A model generated the notes under the pieces. That model did not search any database. It was given only the letters and a program-made list of their open reading frames with translations, and had not been told where the DNA came from. Below, piece after piece: positions 7,933 to 17,508 of a stretch of DNA of 64,000 bases. The translations under genes and the position numbers were made by a program. The stretch's first letter is position 1. Each line of letters starts with the position of its first letter. Location of the stretch: assembly GCA_027007025.1 (NCBI GenBank), contig JALTFL010000005.1, positions 44,911-108,910 on the forward strand, given 5' to 3'. This stretch comes from Nanobdellati archaeon (GTDB lineage Archaea > Nanobdellota > Nanobdellia > CSSed11-243R1).

Positions 7933-9114
7933 CTAGCGCCTTGTAATTATTTTGATTATATCCCCGTGCTTCAATTTAGTTTCCTTACCTATTTTCCTTT
8001 TTGTTTTGCAGTCAATCGCACCTATAAATTTGTCGCCAATGTCACTATGAATCTTATATGCTAAATCAAGGGCTGTCGCGCCTCTTGGAAGCAAATACGC
8101 GTCCGGTAAAACTCTTCCCTTTCCATCAGTGAGTTTATTTTCGTCTTCAACCGGAAAAACCACAATGTATCCCAATTTGTTTAGCACGGTTTCGTTTATC
8201 GCCTGCTGAACGCCGGTATTGCCAAGAACTTTTAGGACTTTCTCTTTGACAAATTTAAGCGCCCTTTCTTGCTTTTCATCTGGGTTTCCAGTTATCTCAA
8301 ATTTGGATTCACCTGGGATATAATTTATTATTTTCTTTTCGTTAGCTTCCCTAAGAACAAGCTCGGATTCCGCGGATGCGGGAACAATAGAATAATCTGC
8401 CATCTCCTTTTTTAGGACTTCGGCGTTCTCTCTTGCCTTTGGTATGTCGCACTTGTTTGCCACTATTATAATGGGTTTTGATTTCGCGCGCAGGGCGATT
8501 GCGAATTCAAGAAACTGCTTGTCGCTCCATTCCCTGATTTTTGCCAAGTCATAATTCAGCTCTGCCGTCGCCTTTAGAATTTGTTCTTTTGTTATCTTCA
8601 TCCCCGAAAGCTTTTCCGCTATTTCATTGGCGCTGATTTTTTGGTTGTGCCTTGTTCTGAAATGCTTGATTAGGATGTTTTGTATCCAAAAATCAATTTC
8701 CTCATTTAGAAATATTATGTCATCCTTTGGGTTTCTTGTCCCGACTGGGACTTGATTCCCCTTTTCATCTGTAGCTCCCGAAGCGTCTACAACGTGTATC
8801 AACGCGTCCGCCTGCCTTAAATCATCAAGGAACTGATTTCCAAGTCCAAGTCCTTCGTGAGCGCCTGGAATCAATCCCGCGACATCAATAACCTCAAATG
8901 GGACAAATCTGAATCCCCCGGCGCATGGGGAATTTCCAGGATGACATTTTAATCCTCTCTCGCACGCAGGGCACTTTATTTTGACATATGCCATTGCCCT
9001 GTTTGGCTTTATCGTTACGAATGGGTAGGGTCCAATTTCTGCCGGTGCTAGAGTCGCAGCTCTAAAAAAGGTCGATTTTCCAACATTTGCCTTTCCAACT
9101 ATGCCGATTAACAT
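7933..9114 (-). CDS. Obg/YchF-like GTPase with C-terminal TGS domain
   Basis: G1 GKANVGKST, G3 DVAGL, G4 NKCD, and a C-terminal TGS-like HGDIIKI. The Cys-rich insert (CPAC..C..C) matches my recollection of the Pyrococcus homologue. Confidence 0.85.
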   Translation of the reverse strand: MLIGIVGKANVGKSTFFRAATLAPAEIGPYPFVTIKPNRAMAYVKIKCPACERGLKCHPGNSPCAGGFRFVPFEVIDVAGLIPGAHEGLGLGNQFLDDLRQADALIHVVDASGATDEKGNQVPVGTRNPKDDIIFLNEEIDFWIQNILIKHFRTRHNQKISANEIAEKLSGMKITKEQILKATAELNYDLAKIREWSDKQFLEFAIALRAKSKPIIIVANKCDIPKARENAEVLKKEMADYSIVPASAESELVLREANEKKIINYIPGESKFEITGNPDEKQERALKFVKEKVLKVLGNTGVQQAINETVLNKLGYIVVFPVEDENKLTDGKGRVLPDAYLLPRGATALDLAYKIHSDIGDKFIGAIDCKTKRKIGKETKLKHGDIIKIITRR

Positions 9115-9191
9115 ACATCCTTCATAGATATATTAGTTTATTAAAATTTACAATAGAAACATTTATATACCACTATAAAGTAGTAAATAAC

Positions 9192-10223
9192 ATGGAAACT
9201 TTAAGTGAATTGGAAAAAACCCTTATGTCTGAATCATCTGCTCATGAAAGGGACAGAATTGTTACTGATTTTTATATTGCTCATGAAGATGAGATTTTGA
9301 AAGATCCAGAAGTATTAATTAAATTTTCCAATTATCCTTTTGAAACATTGTCATATGATGAAGAACGTAAATTAAAGAGGAATATGATAATGTCTTATTT
9401 TGAGAATAATAACCCATCTTTAGATGATGCTCTTTTTGTTTTGAGGGGAGGAGAAGAAAGCGTTGGATTGAGTGATGGGGACGATGCATATTATGAATTT
9501 CCTATTCTTAAGTTGCTTTCAGACGATGATTTGGATTACATTCTTGAAAGAGTTAAAGGTGGGAATAAAATTGTAGGTAAAATTTTGGATTCATTTGATG
9601 CTAAAGACTTGGAGGAATATCCAAATGTTATAAAATTTTCTTATCTTAACTCTAACGATAATGAATTTTTAAGTTACTTAAAAACTATTGCGGATTTTGC
9701 AGAAAGAGATGAAACTATAAGGATAAATTATCTTGCTAATATAAGAGGTGTCAAAAATGTCAGCAGGCTTGTTGAGGATCATGGTAGAGATGTGGTTATG
9801 TATTCTTTGTTAAATAATATTGATGTTGAAGAAGTTATTCCTGAACTGGCGGAATTGTTGCTTGTAGAACCAAAATTAAAAATTGCATATATGCAGGCAC
9901 AGGAATATGGTAAAATGTTTGAGGATGTTAGAATAGATATAGCAACAATATTAGATGATTTGAAAAATTTAAAATCCGATTTCGGGGTAAATGATAAAGA
10001 TGGATATTTTGAACTTTTAGAGGATGACGCAGAAATAATTTTTAGAAAAAAATATGGCGACAATCCCGCTATTGTGTTAAATCCAAGCTATAAAAAGCAA
10101 GAGAGAGATGGAATAGATGCATACCAACATAAAATGGAAGCATTGCAAATGACATATTCATCTTACAAAAAATTTATAGATAAAATTCGTGTTTTTACGA
10201 ACTTGTCTAGTTATGATAAGTAA
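9192..10223 (+). CDS. hypothetical acidic protein
   Basis: Start moved to the first ATG (METLSELEK). The upstream extension overlaps the GTPase gene. No motif recognised. Confidence 0.5.
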   Translation: METLSELEKTLMSESSAHERDRIVTDFYIAHEDEILKDPEVLIKFSNYPFETLSYDEERKLKRNMIMSYFENNNPSLDDALFVLRGGEESVGLSDGDDAYYEFPILKLLSDDDLDYILERVKGGNKIVGKILDSFDAKDLEEYPNVIKFSYLNSNDNEFLSYLKTIADFAERDETIRINYLANIRGVKNVSRLVEDHGRDVVMYSLLNNIDVEEVIPELAELLLVEPKLKIAYMQAQEYGKMFEDVRIDIATILDDLKNLKSDFGVNDKDGYFELLEDDAEIIFRKKYGDNPAIVLNPSYKKQERDGIDAYQHKMEALQMTYSSYKKFIDKIRVFTNLSSYDK

Positions 10224-10255
10224 TGCTTAAAAAGTGTGCTCTTTCTTTCATTATT

Positions 10256-12022
10256 ATGAAAATAGCAGTTATAGACAAAGACAAATGTATCGCGCCGGAT
10301 TGTGGTTATCCATGCATAAAATCATGTCCTCTAAACAGAGCTGGCAAGGAGTGTATGTCTATCGGCGAAGACAAGAAGCCAATAATAGATGAAAATATGT
10401 GTATTGCGTGTGGCATTTGCGTAAAGAGATGTCCAGTAGGTGCAATTCACATAATAAATCTACCGGAGGAACTGAAATCTCAGGCTCTTCACAGGTATTC
10501 CAAAAATGGATTCAAACTTTTCAGGACAATTATCCCTCACTTTGGTAAGGTTGTTGGGGTTTTGGGACCCAACGGTATTGGTAAGACGACTGCGATTTCT
10601 ATACTTGCTGGAATAATTTATCCCAATCTTGGAAATCCCGGAGAAAAGCCGGACAAAAAAGAAATTTTGAAATTTTTCAGGGGAACAGAGGCGCAGGTAT
10701 ATTTTGAGAAGCTGTTTAACAATGAAATTAAGCTTGCAGTCAAGCCGCAGTATGTTGACGCGATTCCAAAAGAGTTTGATGGAAAAGTTAGAGAGCTTTT
10801 GGAAAAAATAAATTCGACGGGGAAAATGGAAGAAGTCGCGAAAGAGCTTGGAATTGATAAGATTCTTGACAGGGATATTAAGAACATTTCTGGCGGGGAG
10901 CTCCAGAGGGTTGCAATTGCCGCGACAATATTGAAGGGCGCGAACGTGATGTTTTTCGACGAGCCGTCATCATATCTTGACATAAAGCAGCGGCTGAATG
11001 TCGCCGAGTTGATTTACGGCTTGGCCGACGAGAACACGAGCATTAATGTCATTGAGCACGACTTAATTGTTTTGGACTACATTTCAGATTTGACACATAT
11101 AATGTATGGCAAGCGCGGGGTGTATGGTGTAGTCTCGCATCCCATGTCCGCGAAAAACGGAATCAACACATATCTTGGCGGGTTTTTGAAGGACGAAAAC
11201 GTCAGGTTTAGGGATTATCCAATCAAGTTTGAAGTTCATCCCCCGCAGGTAAGCCAGAACTTTCAGGTGCTTGCAAAGTGGGAAGAGATGAAAAAGAAAC
11301 TTGGTGACTTTCAGCTTGATGTTTCTCCCGGAGAAATAAATGTGAATGAAATTGTCGGCGTTTTGGGGGAAAATGGAACTGGAAAAACCACGTTTGCGAG
11401 GATTTTGGCGGGAGAAATAAAACCGGACGATGGGAAAATTGACAAGAATATGAAAATTTCATACAAGCCGCAGTATATAAAACCCGAGTCCGAGCTAACG
11501 GTTGCCGAAACATTAAAGGCAGTAACAAAAGAGTTCGGAACGGATACTTATAGGTTGCAAATTATCAAACCTCTTCAGTTGGATTATCTGCTTAATAAAA
11601 AAGTTAATCAGCTTAGCGGCGGGGAGCTCCAGAGGGTTGCAGTCGCCACATGCCTTTCGCGGGAGGCAGACATTTATCTTTTGGACGAGCCGTCGGCGCA
11701 CCTGGACGTGGAGCAGAGGCTTTTGATTGCCAAGGCAATAAAGGATTTAGTAAAAAAGAGAAAATCTTCCGCAATAGTCATTGACCATGACATTTTGTTC
11801 CTTGATTATATCTCTGATAAATTGATGGTTTTCAAGGGCGAACCGTCAAAGAGAGGCGAGACTATCGGTCCGCTTTCAATGAAAGACGGAATGAACACCT
11901 TCCTTAAGGAGGTAAACATAACTATGCGCCGCGACGGGCAGACAAAGCGCCCTAGGATTAACAAGCTTGATTCTGTGTTGGACAGGGAGCAAAAACAAAA
12001 AGGAGAATATTATTACTCTTAA
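10256..12022 (+). CDS. abcE1: ABCE1 / RNase L inhibitor (ribosome recycling ATPase)
   Basis: An N-terminal 4Fe-4S ferredoxin-like Cys pattern (CIACGICVKRCP) is followed by two ABC cassettes (GPNGIGKTT, GENGTGKTT) and two LSGGELQRVA signatures. Confidence 0.95.
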   Translation: MKIAVIDKDKCIAPDCGYPCIKSCPLNRAGKECMSIGEDKKPIIDENMCIACGICVKRCPVGAIHIINLPEELKSQALHRYSKNGFKLFRTIIPHFGKVVGVLGPNGIGKTTAISILAGIIYPNLGNPGEKPDKKEILKFFRGTEAQVYFEKLFNNEIKLAVKPQYVDAIPKEFDGKVRELLEKINSTGKMEEVAKELGIDKILDRDIKNISGGELQRVAIAATILKGANVMFFDEPSSYLDIKQRLNVAELIYGLADENTSINVIEHDLIVLDYISDLTHIMYGKRGVYGVVSHPMSAKNGINTYLGGFLKDENVRFRDYPIKFEVHPPQVSQNFQVLAKWEEMKKKLGDFQLDVSPGEINVNEIVGVLGENGTGKTTFARILAGEIKPDDGKIDKNMKISYKPQYIKPESELTVAETLKAVTKEFGTDTYRLQIIKPLQLDYLLNKKVNQLSGGELQRVAVATCLSREADIYLLDEPSAHLDVEQRLLIAKAIKDLVKKRKSSAIVIDHDILFLDYISDKLMVFKGEPSKRGETIGPLSMKDGMNTFLKEVNITMRRDGQTKRPRINKLDSVLDREQKQKGEYYYS

Positions 12023-12336
12023 AGATAATCGTCAATTTTCTTTTGTTTGTAACGTTCATTTTGGGAAATGTACTCTTGGATTGCAGTTGATAAGATATCA
12101 TTGGGTTTCTCATCATTTCTTTCTGCCAATTCCTCAATCCCTTTCATAGCCTCGTTTGAGATATCAATTGTGATTCTGGTATATCCTTCAGGAACTTCAA
12201 TATATCTCATATAAAACTCGAGAGCTTCTCTTACATTTTTTGAAAAATCACCGTGTCGTTCGCCTCTATAAAATTGTATGAGATAATCAGGTAATCTAAA
12301 TGTTACTCTTTCTTTTGTTTCTTTGTTAGTTGCCAT
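12019..12336 (-). CDS. tandem ribbon-helix-helix (CopG-like) protein
   Basis: Two beta-alpha-alpha units: VTFRLPDYLIQFY..VREALEFY and ITIDISNEAMKGIEELA..ILSTAIQEYI. Confidence 0.5.
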   Translation of the reverse strand: MATNKETKERVTFRLPDYLIQFYRGERHGDFSKNVREALEFYMRYIEVPEGYTRITIDISNEAMKGIEELAERNDEKPNDILSTAIQEYISQNERYKQKKIDDYL

Positions 12337-12374
12337 AACTTAATAGTTGTAACAGATATTTATAAATGTTTTGA

Positions 12375-14261
12375 CTATCCCTTCTCGCCGTAAATGTGGA
12401 CATACGTCCAGAATAATTTTTTCTGTCGCCATACTTTTACCTTAAAACCATGTCTTTCAAAAAGCTGGTGTAATTCTACTTTGTCCTCAATTATTGGCTT
12501 GTCAAGGAAGTGCCCGGGATAATCATAATCCACGAAGTATATCTTGCCGTTCTTACGCATCCTCTTCTTTATTTCATTGAGTATAAAATCAAGTCTGTCT
12601 ATGTAACCAAGCACGCCCACGCCAACAACAGCGTCGAGCTTTCTAAGTTTTTTGTCCACCTTTTTGTTCTTGCTCAAGTTGTAGAAGTTTTCCCTTATGA
12701 ATTCCACGTTTTTGATGTCCATCTTCTTTGAAATTGTTTTTGCTATGTTTAACGTTCTTTTGGAAAAATCAACGCCGTATACAATCCCAGATGTAGGTAT
12801 AACTTCCTTTGCTATCTTGTTGGTTATAACTCCGACACCGCATCCCAAGTCAAGAACCCTTTCGATTGTCACATCACTCAAATAATTTAAAATGTGATTC
12901 GAGATGTCTTTGTCAATGAACAATTTGTCAAACCAATAGCTAATACCAGCGAATACATCTGAAAACATTTTGATTATTCTCTCATGATAACCAAGGGTTG
13001 CTATGAAATAAAAGTCGATTCCAAGTAGGATGAAGATAGAACCTATAAGAATATTCTCGAATGTTGTTGAAATAATCATAACGCCGATAAGCAGTGCTGC
13101 AAGCCCAAAGGATATAATTCTTGGAAAGGGGAGTTTGAATTCTCTTTTTAGGTGTGGATGAGTCTTTCTTAGTTTAGGCACACTTAAAATAGTAATTACG
13201 TACATCATTATTGCTAAAGGCAGCGCTATCCCAAGTAGTAGCTTGTAAGAGCCGGACAAAATAACAAGTATGGTAATTATTGCTTGTAATATTATAGCTA
13301 TATATGGAGTTTTGTATTTTTTGTGTACTCTTCCAAAGCTGGCAGGTAGGACTTTATCTTTTGACATAGCGTATATCAAACGAGGAGTTGTTATTATCCA
13401 TGATGCTGCGCTCCCCATTATCGTTACTACAGTGAGTAAGGCTATAAACTCAACAATCTGTGGGGAAAAAAACTTAGATGCCACGAGTAAAAGAGGATAA
13501 CTTGACGCCCCAAGTTCTTTAGCAGGTACAGATGTTAAGGAAACAAAAATCAGAAACATGACGAATGCGGAGATGATAATTGTTCCAATAAGTAATGCTT
13601 TTGGTATATTCTTCCTTGGGTTTTTTGTTTCTTCTGATAAATAGGTTACAGACTCCCACCCAAAAAAAGTTTCAATTGCGTAAAAGGTTGCAATGATAAT
13701 GGGCATTGTTGCAGCCCATCCAATTCTCCCAATATCTTTAATATTGTTTAGATTGATGGCGGTGCTTCCTGAAAATGAGATTAATGAGAGGACAGTTATA
13801 GTAACCATTGAAAAGCCGACAAGCATCTTTCCGCTTATGCTTATTCCCCTAAGACTGACATAGTTAATGATAAGAATATAAGATATTGCGATAATCATTT
13901 TTAAGGTATAAGATACAGGAAAGATTATACTTAGATAATCTATGCTTCCAACTATTAACATCGCAATGACTATATTTGCTACAATCCATGACATCCAGCC
14001 GACTGTGAATCCAGTTGTTTTCCCAAACGCCTTTTTTGTGTACTCATATACACCTCCTGCTTTTGGATACATACTGGATAATTCTGAAAATACAGATGCA
14101 ATTAATATGGATATAACAATAGCGAGCATCCATGAGATTATTGAGTCCGAGCCAGCAATTGACGCTGCGATTCCTGGTGCAAAAAATATTCCCGTGCCTA
14201 TAAGTGCGTTAATCGTTAAAAAAATCAGCATGCGGAATGATAAACTTCTCTTTAATGCCAT
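12375..14261 (-). CDS. APC-family amino acid/polyamine permease fused to a C-terminal class I SAM-dependent methyltransferase domain
   Basis: The N-terminal ~440 aa are polytopic with an APC signature (NALIGTGIFFAPG..SELSSMYPKAGGVYEY). The C-terminal ~180 aa carry VLDLGCGVG, GVDFS and DAVVGVGVLGYI. Confidence 0.8.
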   Translation of the reverse strand: MALKRSLSFRMLIFLTINALIGTGIFFAPGIAASIAGSDSIISWMLAIVISILIASVFSELSSMYPKAGGVYEYTKKAFGKTTGFTVGWMSWIVANIVIAMLIVGSIDYLSIIFPVSYTLKMIIAISYILIINYVSLRGISISGKMLVGFSMVTITVLSLISFSGSTAINLNNIKDIGRIGWAATMPIIIATFYAIETFFGWESVTYLSEETKNPRKNIPKALLIGTIIISAFVMFLIFVSLTSVPAKELGASSYPLLLVASKFFSPQIVEFIALLTVVTIMGSAASWIITTPRLIYAMSKDKVLPASFGRVHKKYKTPYIAIILQAIITILVILSGSYKLLLGIALPLAIMMYVITILSVPKLRKTHPHLKREFKLPFPRIISFGLAALLIGVMIISTTFENILIGSIFILLGIDFYFIATLGYHERIIKMFSDVFAGISYWFDKLFIDKDISNHILNYLSDVTIERVLDLGCGVGVITNKIAKEVIPTSGIVYGVDFSKRTLNIAKTISKKMDIKNVEFIRENFYNLSKNKKVDKKLRKLDAVVGVGVLGYIDRLDFILNEIKKRMRKNGKIYFVDYDYPGHFLDKPIIEDKVELHQLFERHGFKVKVWRQKKLFWTYVHIYGEKG

Positions 14262-14291
14262 ACTTTCTCAACAAGAATATTGTTTAAATAA

Positions 14292-14639
14292 TTATTTGAA
14301 GGAATCTTTAAGTGTTATACATAATACAATTACAGTTATTTCTACTAACATACTTATCAAAGCTAAAGTAGAAAATAGACTTGGCAAGACTAAAATTGCT
14401 AGTATCAACATCAACATAGTCATTATTATTGTTGTCCACCATCCCCACATCTTTTTCTTGAAAATGCCAACAAGAGCTGCTGCAAGAATTGTAGTTATTA
14501 TAATAGAAATTACAGCACTATGAGATGCTCCCAATATAGTAAATCCAATCGTGTCTAACACCTTTACGATAACCAAAAAAACCATTAACACTAACAATGC
14601 TGTGAATTCTACAGATTGGATTTTTTGTTTTTTTGCCAC
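14292..14639 (-). CDS. small membrane protein
   Basis: 115 aa, four hydrophobic segments. Confidence 0.5.
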   Translation of the reverse strand: MAKKQKIQSVEFTALLVLMVFLVIVKVLDTIGFTILGASHSAVISIIITTILAAALVGIFKKKMWGWWTTIIMTMLMLILAILVLPSLFSTLALISMLVEITVIVLCITLKDSFK

Positions 14640-14663
14640 ATGTAGTTCAAACTTTGTGGATAT

Positions 14664-15209
14664 TTAAGGTTTACTGACAAATTTGTTGTCTTTAATGTAA
14701 AATCTCCATTCATATTCTATTCCCTTGGAGATACCAACTCTCTTTGATTTTTTTATTTTAACTTTTTTTCCGATGTCATAGATATGAATCTCATCTCCTA
14801 CACTCTTATTATGCTGTTTCATTGTTATCCCAAATGCCTGGCATAATTTTCCAGGTCCATTGCATAATTCTGTTATATCTTCTTTGTTTCTTCTTTTTTT
14901 CATTGCTGCAATTCCTTTTGTGGGCTCAACCGCGCGTATTAACACCCCGCCAGCTTCATTTTCGTCGCACGTGAAATTTAGAAGGTAGTACATACCATAA
15001 TTGAGATATATATATATCGTTCCATATTCTTCTATAAGCGGCATAGAACGGGGAGTAGGTTTATAGGCATGGCTTGCAGGATCATCCTTGTACGCCTCTG
15101 TTTCTACGATTATCCCTTCACACCCTTTAAATTTTAATTTTTTCCCAAGCAGTGCTTTAGCTACCCATACGGCGTCTTTTTTGAAGAAATTTTTCTTAAT
15201 TTCCCTCAT
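14664..15209 (-). CDS. mpg: DNA-3-methyladenine glycosylase, AAG/MPG family
   Basis: VAKALLGKKL...GIIVETEAY..DPASHAY...YGMYYLLNF...GGVLIRAVEP is the family signature. Confidence 0.9.
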   Translation of the reverse strand: MREIKKNFFKKDAVWVAKALLGKKLKFKGCEGIIVETEAYKDDPASHAYKPTPRSMPLIEEYGTIYIYLNYGMYYLLNFTCDENEAGGVLIRAVEPTKGIAAMKKRRNKEDITELCNGPGKLCQAFGITMKQHNKSVGDEIHIYDIGKKVKIKKSKRVGISKGIEYEWRFYIKDNKFVSKP

Positions 15210-15258
15210 ATTGCCAAGAAATCTAAAGTATTATATATACTCTTTGCATCGCTTAAAT

Positions 15259-15981
15259 ATGGGTGAGGTAAATTTTAAACAAATAGCCCCTCTTCTTTTA
15301 ATTTTGCTGATAATTGGGGTAACTTTAGCAATTGTTGGACCTGTAGTGAATAATTCCTTTGAAGGGGTATACTCTTTTTTATCTACAATTGATGTCAATA
15401 GTGTTCGTCAATTTATTTATTCTTTCGGCATTGTTGCCCCTTTAATATTTTTGATTTTGCAGGTTGTGCAGGCGGTTATTGCTCCAATACCCGGGTTTGT
15501 ATTCACAATCGCAGGAGGGCTTATATTTCATCCTTTGATTGGGATTCTGCTCTCAATTGTCGGAAGCATGATAGGAGCAGCTATATGCTTTTTGATTTCC
15601 AAGAAATATGGGCGCCCTTTTATAATCAAAATTTCCAAAAAAGAGGATTTGGGGTATTTAGATGAGCTATTTGAGGAAAACGGAGCTCTTGTGACTGCCA
15701 TTTTTAGGGCAATCCCTGTTATGTCATTCGGGCTTGCTAGCTATTTAATAGCCTTGACAAAAATTGACTTTAAGGAGTACATGTGGGGCACTTTCATTGG
15801 GTTGATACCCACAACTTTTTTTTATACTTATCTTGGGTATTACCTTTTGGATAACCCATTACTTTCCGCATTTGTTGGACTTTTGCTTTTGGCATTCTTC
15901 ATAGCTATGCCGTTGATATTCCCTTTCATTAAGGGATATATAAAAAGAAAAAAGGAAAAAAGAAATAAGGTTATATTTTGA
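15259..15981 (+). CDS. TVP38/TMEM64 (DedA-related, SNARE-associated) membrane protein
   Basis: VQAVIAPIPGFVFTIAGGLIF...GSMIGAAICFLISKKYGRPF. Start moved to the ATG at 15259; the track extension overlaps the mpg gene. Confidence 0.75.
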   Translation: MGEVNFKQIAPLLLILLIIGVTLAIVGPVVNNSFEGVYSFLSTIDVNSVRQFIYSFGIVAPLIFLILQVVQAVIAPIPGFVFTIAGGLIFHPLIGILLSIVGSMIGAAICFLISKKYGRPFIIKISKKEDLGYLDELFEENGALVTAIFRAIPVMSFGLASYLIALTKIDFKEYMWGTFIGLIPTTFFYTYLGYYLLDNPLLSAFVGLLLLAFFIAMPLIFPFIKGYIKRKKEKRNKVIF

Positions 15982-16264
15982 AGTTTTCTATGACTAAATA
16001 CAACGCTCCAATGAAGCCGAATAGCCATGCCAATGTTCCACCTACCCACTGTCCAATCAACAATATTGTGTTGCTGTATGTTTGTCCTGCAAGCACGTTA
16101 GCAAACACTTGGAAAGCGTGGTAGAACAAAAGCCATGCTGCTCCTATGCCAACAAACTTCAATCCGTTCTTTGATTTAAAGCCCGATTGCTTCCACAACC
16201 AAACAAAGATTAGCCACGCGATGGCTATCAATGGAAGCAAAAGTGCTTGTGTCACTTCTACCAT
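15971..16264 (-). CDS. small membrane protein
   Basis: 97 aa, three hydrophobic segments, W-rich. Confidence 0.45.
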   Translation of the reverse strand: MVEVTQALLLPLIAIAWLIFVWLWKQSGFKSKNGLKFVGIGAAWLLFYHAFQVFANVLAGQTYSNTILLIGQWVGGTLAWLFGFIGALYLVIENFKI

Positions 16265-16369
16265 GCTTTTCTAAAGCAAATTGAGGTTTAAAAATATTTA
16301 TAATTGAATTGTGTCAATTTGTCATTTTTAAGTTAAAATTAAAAAAAAGAGAGGAGGGAAGAATAAAAA

Positions 16370-16492
16370 TTAAGAGAAAGAGCGTGATTTTACTCTACCT
16401 AACCACCACTTTGCACCTTCCGATGTTGATTCTCTCCTACGCTTTTCAACAGCTTCAAGCCAAAAATCCACATTGTAAAAATATCCTTGCAT
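16370..16492 (-). CDS. possible 40-aa protein (MQGYFYNVDFWLEAVEKRRRESTSEGAKWWLGRVKSRSFS)
   Basis: Hand-translated. A perfect SD GGAGGTGAT lies 4 nt upstream of the ATG. It sits in an otherwise empty 340-nt intergenic gap. Confidence 0.3.
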   Translation of the reverse strand: MQGYFYNVDFWLEAVEKRRRESTSEGAKWWLGRVKSRSFS

Positions 16493-16607
16493 GATTATCA
16501 CCTCCGACGATAACCCAAAAGGGTAGGTGAAGGATTACTTCACCCGGCTAATAATCTGTAGTAGATGAAGGTATTAATATTTTGCAGGGGGTTGTCCAGT
16601 AATTCCA

Positions 16608-17099
16608 CTACTCGCTTGGAGAAGGAGTGATTCTCATTAAAATTTCGATTAATATATAATAAATTGGGAAGAAAACTAGTGCAGATATTAGCGTGTCTAA
16701 ACTTATTGGAATAATTCCGTAAAATATTGGCGTGAGAAATATAATAACGTATGTGACTTCTCTCACACGTCCTATATATCTTGCTACATCTTTACCTCTT
16801 ATCCCCTCTATCAAAACAGTCAGTCCATACATTATTAGAAAACCTATCATTGCTATTTTGAATGGGGTTTCACTGCTTAACACAAAGTTTTGGGTGATTT
16901 GTCTTCCCCAGTCCAGTCCTACCCATAGTGCTACGAAACCATTTGATATGGCATTCCCTATATGTGTTCCTTTATGTTCTTGATATATATCGCCGATTAT
17001 CCAATTGATATAAACAGGAATTAACACCCATAGTAATTCTGGGTGAGTTATTGGAGATGAGATAACAATTACGAATACACTCACAAAATTGGGTAACAT
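16608..17099 (-). CDS. polytopic membrane protein
   Basis: 163 aa, five hydrophobic segments. Confidence 0.5.
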   Translation of the reverse strand: MLPNFVSVFVIVISSPITHPELLWVLIPVYINWIIGDIYQEHKGTHIGNAISNGFVALWVGLDWGRQITQNFVLSSETPFKIAMIGFLIMYGLTVLIEGIRGKDVARYIGRVREVTYVIIFLTPIFYGIIPISLDTLISALVFFPIYYILIEILMRITPSPSE

Positions 17100-17159
17100 A
17101 ATTAAGGAATATTTTTGTGTTTTAAAAACATTTTTAATTCCTGGTTAGGTTTTTAATAT

Positions 17160-17474
17160 ATGCTTGATATGAGGAAGTTTTTTGGCATAGAACCTAATGA
17201 CATCCAAAGAAGGATATCCATATCCTCCCTTGTTTTTGGTGGGACGTTTATATTAGATATCATCCTTATTGTTTCAATTGGATTTTTGTCTAAAGGTATT
17301 GAAATATTTAAGGTATTTGTAAAATATTACCCACCATTTTCCTTTGAAAGAGTCGTAACTTCCATTTTAATCCTTTCTGTTGGTGTTTTTGTTTCATTAG
17401 TATATTACATCTTGCTCCCAATGGGGCCTCCACCAAGAATCAACACTACTCCAGAAATAGATTTTAGGTTTTGA
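17160..17474 (+). CDS. small membrane protein
   Basis: 104 aa, two to three hydrophobic segments. Confidence 0.4.
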   Translation: MLDMRKFFGIEPNDIQRRISISSLVFGGTFILDIILIVSIGFLSKGIEIFKVFVKYYPPFSFERVVTSILILSVGVFVSLVYYILLPMGPPPRINTTPEIDFRF

Positions 17475-17508
17475 AAAGTTTTTTAACATTTGAACTTCTT
17501 TTCTTTCC

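Noticed and set aside
8890-9000. Cys-rich insert (CPACERGLKCHPGNSPCAGG) in the G domain of the YchF-like GTPase, considered as a novel zinc-binding insertion.
   Set aside because: The Pyrococcus homologue I recall carries a Cys-containing insert (HPCKELGCSPNPQ) at the same position. It is therefore probably a normal feature of the family rather than a novelty.
15088-15258. N-terminal extensions of track ORFs that overlap neighbouring genes (15088, 9087, 18985, 19151, 40688, 40851, 50017, 63051 and others).
   Set aside because: The track opens ORFs at the first ATG, GTG or TTG. The extensions overlap well-supported genes on the other strand and lack family sequence, while internal ATGs match the known N-termini.
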